From positions 1-24,423 of the IMG/VR virus record IMGVR_UViG_2531839474_000007: DNA of 24,423 nt. One strand, written 5' to 3'. The translations under genes were made by a program, and so were the position numbers. Below, one piece after another: positions 14,868-24,218 of the stretch. The notes under the pieces are model-generated. The model had not been told where the DNA came from. It was given only the letters and a program-made list of their open reading frames with translations, and made no database searches. The stretch is from a virus. Its lineage: Duplodnaviria > Heunggongvirae > Uroviricota > Caudoviricetes. Position 1 is the first letter of the stretch. The number at the start of each line of letters is the position of its first letter.

Positions 14868-15092
14868 TTAAGTAAACCTGTCTGAACAGGTGCTCTGGTC
14901 GTGTTTGTCTTTGTTGGGTACAAATTGAGAATATTTTTCATTAATTAATCTTCTTCTGCAGGCTTCAATAACCCACGCTGAAAAATTACCTGAACCTTTC
15001 AGGTCAAGAGCGATGTTAATTTGTTCAATTATCTGGTTTGGAAATCGGATGTTGCGGGTTGTTGTTCTGCGGGTTCTGTTCTTTGATGACAT
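14868..15092 (-). CDS. small basic protein, possibly ribbon-helix-helix DNA-binding (positional analog of ylcI/ynfO next to cos)
   Basis: 74 aa MSSKNRTRRTTTRNIRFPNQIIEQINIALDLKGSGNFSAWVIEACRRRL; family assignment from general resemblance only. Confidence 0.4.
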   Translation of the reverse strand: MSSKNRTRRTTTRNIRFPNQIIEQINIALDLKGSGNFSAWVIEACRRRLINEKYSQFVPNKDKHDQSTCSDRFT

Positions 15093-15289
15093 AATGTTGC
15101 CCCGTATTCAGTGTTGCTGATTTGTATTATCTGAAGTTGCTTTTACGCTAATTTGATGCAGATCAATTAATACGATACCTGCGTAATAATTGATTATTTC
15201 TCGTGGTTTGATGGCGTACACACATGTCGTGATAAACCTCATGTAGATGATAATTATTATCATTTTCGTGGGTCCTTTCCGGCGATCCG

Positions 15290-15470
15290 ACAGGTTACGG
15301 GGCGGCGACCTCGCGGGTTTTCGCTATTTATGAAAATTTTCCGGGATCCATGTCCGGTTTCTCTTCAAGTTAACTATATGAAAAATATAAAAACAGGTCT
15401 TCTGTGAACCGGACATGAACAAAAAACAGACATGTAAACCGGACATGACCGGTTTTGTTGTGATTGTGAG
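15290..15470 (+). other. cos: cos site: cosN (GGGCGGCGACCT at 15300..15311) plus cosB with three CCGGACATG terminase-binding repeats
   Basis: CAGGTTACG-GGGCGGCGACCT-CGCGGGTTTTCGCTATTTATGAAAATTTTCCGG is nearly identical to the lambda cos junction as recalled; repeats CATGTCCGG (inverted) and two CCGGACATG lie before Nu1. Confidence 0.85.
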
Positions 15471-15494
15471 GTGAGAGTTTTTGCGAGGTGAGGA

Positions 15495-16004
15495 GTGGCT
15501 ACGCAGACTGAAGTTGCCAGGCATTTAAGTCTGACCGATCGCCAGCTTCGCAGATTGCAGAAATTGCCGGGTGCCCCGATATCGAATAAGCGAGGGCAAC
15601 TGGATCTGGATGCCTGGCGCGATTTTTACATATCGTATCTGAGGAGAAGTAAAAACGATGTGCCTGATGGCGATAGCGAAGACGACTATGAGGAGAAATT
15701 GCTTATTGCCAGATGGGAACTGACAGCAGAACAGGCTGTTACACAGCAGTTAAAAAATGAGGTGTCAAAAGGAAAACTGATTGACACCGGGTTCTGTATT
15801 TTTGCCCTCAGTAAGCTGGCAATGGCGTTATCCAGTACGCTTGATTCCATCCCTTTATCCATGCAGCGACAGTTTCCTGATTTAACACCGCGCCATCTTG
15901 ACCATCTGAAAACCCTTATTGCGAAGGGGGCAAATCAGTGTGCGCGGGCAGGGGATAAATTACCGGATTTACTCGATGAATATATCAGAGCAACAACTGA
16001 ATAA
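15495..16004 (+). CDS. nu1: terminase small subunit Nu1
   Basis: 169 aa; N-terminal helix-turn-helix region; C-terminal similarity to lambda Nu1 (ETAFCTFVLS / DTGFCIFALS as recalled); GTG start. Confidence 0.85.
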   Translation: MATQTEVARHLSLTDRQLRRLQKLPGAPISNKRGQLDLDAWRDFYISYLRRSKNDVPDGDSEDDYEEKLLIARWELTAEQAVTQQLKNEVSKGKLIDTGFCIFALSKLAMALSSTLDSIPLSMQRQFPDLTPRHLDHLKTLIAKGANQCARAGDKLPDLLDEYIRATTE

Positions 16005-17904
16005 TATGATGGCTGCCGTTTCGGTTGCGCTGCAGCCTCTGGTCAGGGTTGTACCAATGACGGCAGTTGAATGGGCTGATCAAAATTATTATCTGCCTAA
16101 AGAATCTTCATATGGTGAGGGAGAATGGAAAACGCTGCCATTCCAGATCGCCATTATGAACTGTATGGGTAACGACCAGGTTCGCACGGTTAACCTGATT
16201 AAATCTGCCCGTGTTGGCTATACAAAGATGTTGCTGGGGGTGGTCGGGTATTTTATTGAGCATAAATCCCGAAACAGTCTGCTTTTTCAGCCCACGGATT
16301 CTGCCGCTGAAGATTTTATGAAGTCTCACGTGGAGGCGACGATTCGGAACGTGCCATGCCTGAAAGACCTTTCCCCATGGCTGGGTCGTAAACATCGTGA
16401 CAATACTCTCACGCTGAAACGCTTTTCATCGGGCGTCGGTTTCTGGTGCCTGGGCGGTGCAGCCGCCAAAAACTACCGTGAAAAATCCGTGGACGTGGTC
16501 TGCTATGACGAGCTTTCCTCGTTCGAGCCGGATGTCGAAAAAGAGGGCTCGCCAACCCTGCTGGGGGATAAGCGTATTGAGGGCTCTGTATGGCCAAAAT
16601 CCATTCGCGGCTCGACGCCTAAAATCAAAGGTACCTGCCAGATCGAAAAAGCGGCCAACGAGTCGGCGCATTTCATGCGTTTCTATGTGCCCTGCCCGCA
16701 CTGTGGGGAGGCGCAGTATCTGAAATTTGGCGATGAATCCACGCCTTTTGGCCTTAAATGGGAGAAGGACAGCCCCGAAAGCGTTTTCTACCTCTGTGAA
16801 CATCATGGCTGCGTGATCCATCAGTCTGAGCTTGACCAGAGTAACGGGCGCTGGATCTGTGAAAACACGGGTATGTGGACCCGTGACGGCCTGATGTTTT
16901 TCAGCGCCCGGGGGGATGAAATTCCGCCGCCGCGCTCCATCACGTTCCATATCTGGACGGCGTACAGTCCGTTCACCACCTGGATACAGATAGTCTATGA
17001 CTGGCTGGATGCACTGAAAGATCCCAACGGCCTGAAAACCTTTGTGAACACCACGCTGGGCGAGACCTGGGAAGAGGCCGTGGGCGAAAAACTCGATCAC
17101 CAGGTACTGATGGATAAGGTGGTGCGTTACACGGCGGCGGTGCCTGCCCGGGTGGTTTATCTGACGGCGGGCATTGACTCGCAGCGAAACCGTTTTGAGA
17201 TGTATGTCTGGGGATGGGCACCGGGAGAGGAAGCCTTTCTGGTGGATAAAATCATCATTATGGGCCGTCCCGATGAGGAAGAGACGCTGTTACGTGTGGA
17301 TGCGGCGATCAACAAAAAATACTGCCATGCAGACGGAACCGAAATGACCATTTCCCGTGTCTGCTGGGACACCGGGGGGATCGATGGTGAAATTGTCTAT
17401 CAGAGGTCAAAAAAACACGGTGTTTTCCGGGTGCTGCCGGTAAAAGGCGCATCTGTCTATGGCAAGCCGGTGATCACCATGCCGAAAACCCGCAATCAGC
17501 GGGGCGTGTATCTGTGTGAAGTGGGGACGGACACCGCAAAAGAAATTCTCTATGCCCGTATGAAAGCCGATCCCACTCCTGCGGATGAAGCCACGTCGTA
17601 TGCCATCCGTTTTCCTGATGATCCGGAGATTTTTTCGCAGACAGAGGCGCAGCAACTGGTCGCGGAAGAGCTTGTGGAGAAGTGGGAAAAAGGAAAGATG
17701 CGTCTGCTGTGGGATAACAAAAAGCGGCGTAACGAAGCGCTGGACTGCCTGGTGTATGCCTACGCGGCATTACGTGTGTCCGTGCAACGCTGGCAGCTTG
17801 ATCTGGCTGTACTGGCAAAATCCCGGGAAGAAGAGACGACCCGGCCAACCCTGAAAGAACTGGCAGCGAAGCTGTCCGGAGGAGTGAATGGTTACAGTCG
17901 CTGA
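15976..17904 (+). CDS. A: terminase large subunit A
   Basis: Start MNISEQQ at ATG 15976 overlapping the Nu1 end as in lambda; conserved blocks incl. AVEWADQNYYLPKES, CPHCGE, WDTGG. Confidence 0.9.
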   Translation: MNISEQQLNNMMAAVSVALQPLVRVVPMTAVEWADQNYYLPKESSYGEGEWKTLPFQIAIMNCMGNDQVRTVNLIKSARVGYTKMLLGVVGYFIEHKSRNSLLFQPTDSAAEDFMKSHVEATIRNVPCLKDLSPWLGRKHRDNTLTLKRFSSGVGFWCLGGAAAKNYREKSVDVVCYDELSSFEPDVEKEGSPTLLGDKRIEGSVWPKSIRGSTPKIKGTCQIEKAANESAHFMRFYVPCPHCGEAQYLKFGDESTPFGLKWEKDSPESVFYLCEHHGCVIHQSELDQSNGRWICENTGMWTRDGLMFFSARGDEIPPPRSITFHIWTAYSPFTTWIQIVYDWLDALKDPNGLKTFVNTTLGETWEEAVGEKLDHQVLMDKVVRYTAAVPARVVYLTAGIDSQRNRFEMYVWGWAPGEEAFLVDKIIIMGRPDEEETLLRVDAAINKKYCHADGTEMTISRVCWDTGGIDGEIVYQRSKKHGVFRVLPVKGASVYGKPVITMPKTRNQRGVYLCEVGTDTAKEILYARMKADPTPADEATSYAIRFPDDPEIFSQTEAQQLVAEELVEKWEKGKMRLLWDNKKRRNEALDCLVYAYAALRVSVQRWQLDLAVLAKSREEETTRPTLKELAAKLSGGVNGYSR

Positions 17905-18094
17905 ACTACAGGCGCTACGTCAGGCGCGCCTTGATTTATTAACCGGTAAACGGGTGGTGTCTGTCCAGAAAGATGGTCGCAGAATTGAATATACGGCGGC
18001 TTCTCTGGATGAGCTTAACCGGGCGATCAATGATGCGGAGTCGGTACTGGGGACAACCCGACGTCGCCGTCGTCCGCTGGGAGTGAGGTTATGA
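17888..18094 (+). CDS. W: head-tail joining protein W
   Basis: 68 aa with the TGKRVxxVQKDGRR block shared with lambda gpW; overlaps the A stop. Confidence 0.85.
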   Translation: MVTVAELQALRQARLDLLTGKRVVSVQKDGRRIEYTAASLDELNRAINDAESVLGTTRRRRRPLGVRL

Positions 18095-19683
18095 AACGAA
18101 CGCCTGTCCTGATTGATGTGAACGGCGTTCCGCTTCGTGAGAGTCTCAGCTACAACGGGGGCGGCGCAGGATTTGGCGGGCAAATGGCGGAGTGGTTGCC
18201 ACCGGCGCAGAGTGCCGATGCAGCCCTGCTGCCTGCGTTGCGTCTGGGGAATGCCCGGGCAGATGATCTGGTGCGCAATAACGGGATAGCGGCCAATGCG
18301 GTGGCCCTGCATAAGGATCATATTGTCGGGCATATGTTTCTGATCAGCTACCGTCCGAACTGGCGCTGGCTGGGGATGCGGGAGACTGCGGCAAAAAGTT
18401 TTGTCGATGAGGTGGAGGCGGCCTGGTCGGAATACGCCGAAGGGATGTCTGGCGAGATCGACGTGGAAGAGAAACGCACGTTTACGGAATTTATTCGTGA
18501 AGGTGTGGGCGTTCATGCGTTTAACGGCGAAATCTTTGTGCAGCCGGTCTGGGATACGGAGAGCACGCAACTGTTTCGTACGCGTTTTAAAGCCGTGAGT
18601 CCGAAACGGGTGGACACGCCAGGACACGGTATGGGGAACCGTTTTCTGCGGGCCGGTGTGGAGGTCGATCGATATGGTCGTGCCGTTGCGTACCATATCT
18701 GTGAGGATGATTTTCCGTTCTCTGGGAGTGGACGATGGGAACGGATCCCGCGTGAACTTCCCACCGGGCGTCCGGCCATGCTGCATATTTTCGAGCCGGT
18801 GGAGGACGGGCAGACCCGTGGGGCCAATCAGTTTTACAGCGTAATGGAACGGCTGAAGATGCTCGATTCCCTGCAGGCAACACAGCTTCAGTCGGCCATA
18901 GTGAAGGCGATGTATGCAGCGACGATTGAAAGTGACCTTGATACCGAAAAGGCCTTTGAATATATCGCCGGTGCGCCGCAGGGGCAGAAGGATAATCCGC
19001 TTATTAATATTCTGGATAAGTTCTCCACCTGGTATGACACGAATAGCGTGACGCTGGGCGGTGTCAAAATTCCGCACCTTTTCCCCGGTGATGATCTGAA
19101 ACTTCAGACCGCGCAGGATTCAGACAATGGATTTTCGGCGCTTGAACAGGCGCTGCTGCGGTATATCGCCGCCGGTCTTGGCGTTTCCTACGAACAGTTG
19201 TCCCGTGATTACTCGAAGGTCAGTTATTCAAGTGCCCGCGCATCCGCCAATGAGTCGTGGCGCTATTTTATGGGGCGGCGAAAATTTATTGCGTCCCGGC
19301 TGGCCACGCAGATGTTTTCCTGCTGGCTGGAAGAGGCACTTCTTCGGGGGATTATTCGTCCGCCACGGGCACGTTTTGATTTTTATCAGGCGCGATCAGC
19401 CTGGTCACGGGCTGAGTGGATTGGAGCCGGAAGAATGGCCATTGACGGGCTCAAGGAGGTTCAGGAATCAGTGATGCGCATTGAGGCCGGACTGAGCACG
19501 TATGAGAAAGAGCTGGCGCTGATGGGCGAGGATTATCAGGACATTTTCCGCCAGCAGGTCAGGGAATCTGCAGAGCGGGAAAAAGCCGGACTCTCACGTC
19601 CGGTGTGGATAGCGCAGGCGTATCAGCAGCAGATAGCGGAGAGTCGCAGGCCGGAAGAGGAGACAACACCACGTGAGACGTAA
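18091..19683 (+). CDS. B: portal protein B
   Basis: 530 aa, lambda gpB-like; ATGA overlap with W. Confidence 0.9.
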   Translation: MKRTPVLIDVNGVPLRESLSYNGGGAGFGGQMAEWLPPAQSADAALLPALRLGNARADDLVRNNGIAANAVALHKDHIVGHMFLISYRPNWRWLGMRETAAKSFVDEVEAAWSEYAEGMSGEIDVEEKRTFTEFIREGVGVHAFNGEIFVQPVWDTESTQLFRTRFKAVSPKRVDTPGHGMGNRFLRAGVEVDRYGRAVAYHICEDDFPFSGSGRWERIPRELPTGRPAMLHIFEPVEDGQTRGANQFYSVMERLKMLDSLQATQLQSAIVKAMYAATIESDLDTEKAFEYIAGAPQGQKDNPLINILDKFSTWYDTNSVTLGGVKIPHLFPGDDLKLQTAQDSDNGFSALEQALLRYIAAGLGVSYEQLSRDYSKVSYSSARASANESWRYFMGRRKFIASRLATQMFSCWLEEALLRGIIRPPRARFDFYQARSAWSRAEWIGAGRMAIDGLKEVQESVMRIEAGLSTYEKELALMGEDYQDIFRQQVRESAEREKAGLSRPVWIAQAYQQQIAESRRPEEETTPRET

Positions 19684-21028
19684 TCTTTCACACATTATTG
19701 CCGCAGCATTCAATGAACCGCTGCTTCTGGAGCCCGCCTATGCGCGGGTTTTCTTTTGCGCGCTCGGGCGCGAGATGGGGGCAGCAAGTCTTTCGGTACC
19801 ACAACAGCAGGTACAGCTTGATGCTCCCGGAATGCTGGCTGAAACGGACGAGTACATGGCCGGAGGTAAACGACCGGCCCGTGTTTACCGGGTGGTGAAC
19901 GGTATTGCGGTACTGCCGGTGACCGGCACGCTGGTGCACCGGCTGGGGGGGATGCGGCCATTTTCCGGAATGACTGGCTATGACGGCATTGTCGCCTGTC
20001 TTCAGCAGGCAATGGCAGATAGCCAGGTGCGGGGCATACTGCTGGACATTGACAGTCCGGGCGGGCAGGCCGCCGGCGCGTTTGACTGCGCTGACATGAT
20101 TTACCGCCTCCGTCAGCAGAAGCCGGTCTGGGCACTGTGCAATGACACGGCCTGTTCTGCAGCCATGCTGCTGGCGTCGGCCTGCTCCCGACGGCTGGTT
20201 ACCCAGACATCCCGTATCGGCTCCATTGGCGTGATGATGAGCCATGTCAGCTATGCCGGTCATCTGGCGCAGGCCGGTGTGGATATCACGCTGATTTACT
20301 CAGGGGCGCACAAGGTGGATGGCAATCAGTTTGAAGCCTTACCGGCAGAGGTTCGCCAGGACATGCAGCAGCGCATTGATGCGGCGCGCCGGATGTTTGC
20401 CGAAAAAGTGGCGATGTTTACCGGTCTGTCTGTTGATGCCGTCACGGGAACAGAGGCCGCCGTTTTTGAAGGTCAGTCCGGCATTGAGGCCGGGCTGGCG
20501 GATGAATTAGTCAATGCGTCGGATGCCATCAGTGTGATGGCCACGGCGCTGAACAGTAATGTCAGAGGAGGCACTATGCCGCAATTAACTGCAACGGAAG
20601 CCGCCGCGCAGGAGAACCAGCGAGTGATGGGGATCCTGACATGCCAGGAAGCGAAAGGACGTGAACAACTGGCGGCAACGCTGGCGGCGATGCCGGAGAT
20701 GACGGTGGAAAAAGCCCGCCCGATCCTGGCTGCTTCACCGCAGGCGGATGCCGGACCCTCACTCCGTGATCAGATCATGGCACTGGATGAGGCAAAAGGG
20801 GCTGAGGCGCAGGCTGAACAACTGGCTGCCTGCCCGGGAATGACTGTGGAGAGCGCCCGGGCTGTGCTGGCTGCGGGATCAGGTAAGGCAGAACCGGTCT
20901 CTGCATCCACAACCGCCCTGTTTGAACGCATCATGGCGAACCATTCACCGGCAGCGGTACAGGGTGGCGTGCCACAGACGTCAGCAGACGGTGATGCGGA
21001 CGTGAAAATGCTCATGGCCATGCCATGA
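19673..21028 (+). CDS. C: head maturation protease C (S49/ClpP-like)
   Basis: GTG start; AFNEPLLLEPAYARVFFCAL near-identical to the lambda gpC N-terminus as recalled; overlaps the B stop. Confidence 0.85.
   Translation: MRRNLSHIIAAAFNEPLLLEPAYARVFFCALGREMGAASLSVPQQQVQLDAPGMLAETDEYMAGGKRPARVYRVVNGIAVLPVTGTLVHRLGGMRPFSGMTGYDGIVACLQQAMADSQVRGILLDIDSPGGQAAGAFDCADMIYRLRQQKPVWALCNDTACSAAMLLASACSRRLVTQTSRIGSIGVMMSHVSYAGHLAQAGVDITLIYSGAHKVDGNQFEALPAEVRQDMQQRIDAARRMFAEKVAMFTGLSVDAVTGTEAAVFEGQSGIEAGLADELVNASDAISVMATALNSNVRGGTMPQLTATEAAAQENQRVMGILTCQEAKGREQLAATLAAMPEMTVEKARPILAASPQADAGPSLRDQIMALDEAKGAEAQAEQLAACPGMTVESARAVLAAGSGKAEPVSASTTALFERIMANHSPAAVQGGVPQTSADGDADVKMLMAMP
20576..21028 (+). CDS. nu3: scaffolding protein Nu3, nested in frame within the 3' part of C
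   Basis: Internal ATG 20576 with a strong GGAGG Shine-Dalgarno 5 nt upstream, in frame with C, as in lambda. Confidence 0.6.
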   Translation: MPQLTATEAAAQENQRVMGILTCQEAKGREQLAATLAAMPEMTVEKARPILAASPQADAGPSLRDQIMALDEAKGAEAQAEQLAACPGMTVESARAVLAAGSGKAEPVSASTTALFERIMANHSPAAVQGGVPQTSADGDADVKMLMAMP

Positions 21029-21064
21029 AGTCAGTGCTGATCATCAACAGGAGGTTTTTACAAT

Positions 21065-21412
21065 ATGGTAACGAAAACCATCACTGAACAGCGTGCGGAA
21101 GTACGTATTTTTGCCGGTAATGATCCGGCTCATACCGCCACAGGCAGCAGCGGGATTTCCTCGGCAACACCGGCACTGACGCCCCTGATGCTGGATGAAG
21201 CCAGCGGGAAACTGGTGGTCTGGGACGGACAGAAAGCCGGTAGTGCAGTTGGCATACTGGTACTGCCGCTTGAAGGCACAGAGACGGTACTGACCTATTA
21301 CAAGTCGGGGACCTTTGCGACGGAGGCAATCCGCTGGCCTGAAAGTGTGGATGAACACAAAAAGGCAAATGCCTTTGCCGGCAGTGCCCTGAGTCACGCG
21401 GCGCTGCCGTAA
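21065..21412 (+). CDS. D: head decoration protein D
   Basis: 115 aa; AGGAGG Shine-Dalgarno; DPAHTAT...TPLMLD...KLVVWDG...AVGIL blocks match lambda gpD as recalled. Confidence 0.9.
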   Translation: MVTKTITEQRAEVRIFAGNDPAHTATGSSGISSATPALTPLMLDEASGKLVVWDGQKAGSAVGILVLPLEGTETVLTYYKSGTFATEAIRWPESVDEHKKANAFAGSALSHAALP

Positions 21413-21469
21413 CACGTTATCAGGCCACCGCGGTGGCCTGACTGATTTCTGAATGAAAGGAACTGATTT

Positions 21470-22498
21470 ATGGGATTGTTTACGACCCGCCAGTTACTCG
21501 GTTATACCGAACAAAAAGTGAAATTTCGTGCGCTGTTTCTGGAGCTGTTTTTCCGCCGTACGGTGAATTTCCATACCGAAGAGGTGATGCTGGACAAAAT
21601 TACCGGAAAAACGCCGGTGGCGGCCTATGTCTCCCCGGTTGTTGAAGGAAAAGTGCTGCGTCATCGTGGTGGTGAAACCCGCGTGTTACGTCCGGGCTAC
21701 GTCAAGCCGAAACACGAATTTAATTACCAGCAGGCGGTTGAGCGCCTTCCTGGTGAAGATCCGGCTCAACTGAACGATCCGGCTTACCGCCGTCTGCGTA
21801 TCATTACCGATAACCTCAAACAGGAAGAGCACGCGATTGTCCAGGTGGAAGAAATACAGGCGGTAAATGCTGTGTTGTATGGCAAATATACGATGGAAGG
21901 AGACCAGTTCGAGAAAATTGAGGTCGATTTTGGCAGGTCGACGAAGAATAACATCACTCAGGGTAGTGGTAAGGAGTGGTCAAAACAGGATCGTGACACG
22001 TTCGATCCTACACATGATCTTGACCTCTACTGCGACCAGGCCAGCGGTCTTGTGAATATTGCCATTATGGACGGTACCGTCTGGCGTCTTCTGAATGGTT
22101 TTAAGCTGTTCCGCGAAAAACTGGATACCCGTCGCGGTTCAAATTCTCAACTCGAAACGGCAGTGAAAGATCTGGGCGCAGTGGTGTCCTTCAAGGGGTA
22201 TTACGGCGATCTGGCCATTGTGGTGGCGAAAACGTCTTATATAGCAGAAGACGGTATCGAAAAACGTTATCTGCCGGAGGGCATGCTGGTTCTGGGGAAT
22301 ACTGCTGCAGATGGGATCCGTTGTTACGGTGCCATTCAGGATGCGCAGGCGTTGTCCGAAGGTGTGGTGGCCTCTTCCCGTTATCCGAAACACTGGCTGA
22401 CGGTGGGGGATCCCGCCCGTGAATTTACCATGACGCAGTCCGCGCCGCTGATGGTGTTGCCGGACCCGGATGAGTTTGTGGTGGTACAGGTGAAATAA
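21470..22498 (+). CDS. E: major capsid protein E
   Basis: 342 aa; extensive blocks shared with lambda gpE (PGYVKPKHE, EKLDTRRGSNS, LETAVKDLG, GDPAREFTM). Confidence 0.9.
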   Translation: MGLFTTRQLLGYTEQKVKFRALFLELFFRRTVNFHTEEVMLDKITGKTPVAAYVSPVVEGKVLRHRGGETRVLRPGYVKPKHEFNYQQAVERLPGEDPAQLNDPAYRRLRIITDNLKQEEHAIVQVEEIQAVNAVLYGKYTMEGDQFEKIEVDFGRSTKNNITQGSGKEWSKQDRDTFDPTHDLDLYCDQASGLVNIAIMDGTVWRLLNGFKLFREKLDTRRGSNSQLETAVKDLGAVVSFKGYYGDLAIVVAKTSYIAEDGIEKRYLPEGMLVLGNTAADGIRCYGAIQDAQALSEGVVASSRYPKHWLTVGDPAREFTMTQSAPLMVLPDPDEFVVVQVK

Positions 22499-22506
22499 TC
22501 CGTGAG

Positions 22507-22535
22507 CGGGGGCGAAATGCCCCCGTGTCTTTTTT
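22507..22535 (+). terminator. hairpin plus T-run immediately after E (possible attenuator or mRNA stabiliser)
   Basis: CGGGGG-CGAAATG-CCCCCG then TGTC-TTTTTT. Confidence 0.45.
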
Positions 22536-22549
22536 CACAGGGGGCTGAT

Positions 22550-22924
22550 ATGGCAACGAAAGAGCAAAATCTGAAACGGCTTGATGAACTGGCCCTGATT
22601 CTGGGGCGTGAGCCGGATATATCCGGGAGTGCCGCAGAGATAGCGCAGCGGGTGGCGGAATGGGAAGAGGAAATACAGTCATCCGGCGAGGATGTTCAGG
22701 TTGGGGATACGGTGATCCGGGAGCGGGAAACCGCGGCTCATGATGTTCGTGAGGATACATCCGGTGCGTTAACGCGCATCAGAGTTCTGACCTGCCTCCA
22801 TCTCTGTAGCATTGATGGTGAAACAGGGGAATCCGTTGAGATTGCGGATGTTGGTCGGGTGATTCTGATTATGTCCTCAGATGCAAAAACACACGTTGAT
22901 GGCGGAATGGCTGTTTATGCGTGA
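22550..22924 (+). CDS. FI: DNA-packaging accessory protein FI
   Basis: Acidic 124-aa protein starting MATKEQNLKRLDELA at ATG 22550; FI position between E and FII; the ORF-track start at 22502 is an upstream extension. Confidence 0.7.
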   Translation: MATKEQNLKRLDELALILGREPDISGSAAEIAQRVAEWEEEIQSSGEDVQVGDTVIRERETAAHDVREDTSGALTRIRVLTCLHLCSIDGETGESVEIADVGRVILIMSSDAKTHVDGGMAVYA

Positions 22925-23270
22925 TTTTCAGAATGCCTTTGATGCTGCCCTTGCCGGGGTGGACAGTACGATTGTTGAAGTGATGGGGCTCTGTGCACAG
23001 TTCACCTCGGGGGCACAGTGTGGCGGAGAAGTTCAGGGGGTTTTTGACGATCCGGAGTCGCTGGGATTTGCCGGTAGCGGGGTCCGTATTGAAGGAAGCA
23101 GCCCGTCATTATTTGTGCGGACGGATACGGTTCGTGCTGTGCGGCGTGGTGACACGCTGACCATTAATGGTGAGATATTCTGGGTGGATCGTGTTTCTCC
23201 GGATGACGGGGGCAGCTGTTATCTCTGGCTCAACCGTGGGCAACCACCCGCCGTTAACCGGCGACGATAA
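22917..23270 (+). CDS. FII: head-tail connector protein FII
   Basis: Start MRDFQNAFDAA; C-terminal RRGDTLTI...FWVDRVSPDDGGSC...PPAVNRRR matches lambda gpFII as recalled. Confidence 0.85.
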   Translation: MRDFQNAFDAALAGVDSTIVEVMGLCAQFTSGAQCGGEVQGVFDDPESLGFAGSGVRIEGSSPSLFVRTDTVRAVRRGDTLTINGEIFWVDRVSPDDGGSCYLWLNRGQPPAVNRRR

Positions 23271-23285
23271 ACGCAGGGTGAAATT

Positions 23286-23819
23286 ATGGCGATAAAAGGG
23301 CTTGAGCAGGCGATTGATAATCTGAGCCGGGTTCGTAAAAACGCCATTCCGGCGGCTTCTGCAATGACCATTAACCGCGTGGCCACAACGGCGATTAATC
23401 AGTCTTCATCACAGGTTGCCCGGGAAACCAGGGTGAGACGGAAACTGGTTAAGGAACGGTCCAGACTGAAACGGGCCACGGTCAGAAATCCGAATGCCAG
23501 AATTATCGTTAACCGCGGTGATCTCCCGGTGATTAAGCTGGGGATCAGGATGCCGGGGCGTCGTCCGGACAGCATACTCAAAGCCGGTCAGCATCGTTAT
23601 CAGCGGGCATTTATTCAGCGATTAAAAAATGGTCGCTGGCATGTCATGCAGCGTGTGGTCGGGAAAAACCGTTACCCCATTGATGTGGTGAAAATCCCGA
23701 TGGCGGCCCCACTGAAACAGGCGTTTGATGAGAATGTTGACCGTATCCGGCGTGAACGTCTGCCCGGAGAACTGGCATACGCGCTGAAACAACAACTGAG
23801 GATTGCGATAAAACGATGA
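23286..23819 (+). CDS. Z: tail completion protein Z
   Basis: 177 aa starting MAIKGLEQA as in lambda gpZ. Confidence 0.85.
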   Translation: MAIKGLEQAIDNLSRVRKNAIPAASAMTINRVATTAINQSSSQVARETRVRRKLVKERSRLKRATVRNPNARIIVNRGDLPVIKLGIRMPGRRPDSILKAGQHRYQRAFIQRLKNGRWHVMQRVVGKNRYPIDVVKIPMAAPLKQAFDENVDRIRRERLPGELAYALKQQLRIAIKR

Positions 23820-24211
23820 AACATACTGATATCCGTGCTGCAGTGCTGGATGCACTGGAGCTGCATGAACACGGGGCGACGCTGTTTGATGGTCGCCCCG
23901 TTGTTTTTGACGAAGAGGATTTTCCCGCGGTCGCGGTTTATCTGACGGATGCAGAGTATACCGGTGAAGAGCTGGATGCAGATACCTGGCGGGCCACACT
24001 GCATATTGAGGTGTTTTTACCAGCACAGGTACCGGATTCGGAGCTGGATTCGTGGATGGAAAGCCGGATTTATCCGGCGATGACTGCGATCCCGGCACTG
24101 GCAGACCTGATTACCACGATGGTTACGCAGGGCTATGAGTATCGTCGTGATGACGATATGGCGTTATGGAGTTCTGCGGATCTGACTTATTCCATTACAT
24201 ACGAGATGTGA
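23816..24211 (+). CDS. U: tail terminator protein U
   Basis: 131 aa; ATGA overlap with Z; lambda gpU-like. Confidence 0.85.
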   Translation: MKHTDIRAAVLDALELHEHGATLFDGRPVVFDEEDFPAVAVYLTDAEYTGEELDADTWRATLHIEVFLPAQVPDSELDSWMESRIYPAMTAIPALADLITTMVTQGYEYRRDDDMALWSSADLTYSITYEM

Positions 24212-24218
24212 GGACGAT

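Noticed and set aside
16108-17848. Multiple minus-strand ORFs (up to 224 aa) inside terminase A
   Set aside because: Antisense to a strongly supported lambda-like A gene; typical long antisense frames in GC-rich coding sequence
17920-19077. 385-aa minus-strand ORF inside the portal gene B
   Set aside because: Antisense to the portal gene; Arg/Pro-rich low-complexity translation
19688-21021. Minus-strand ORFs of 83 to 191 aa inside C/Nu3
   Set aside because: Antisense to the protease/scaffold gene; no independent support
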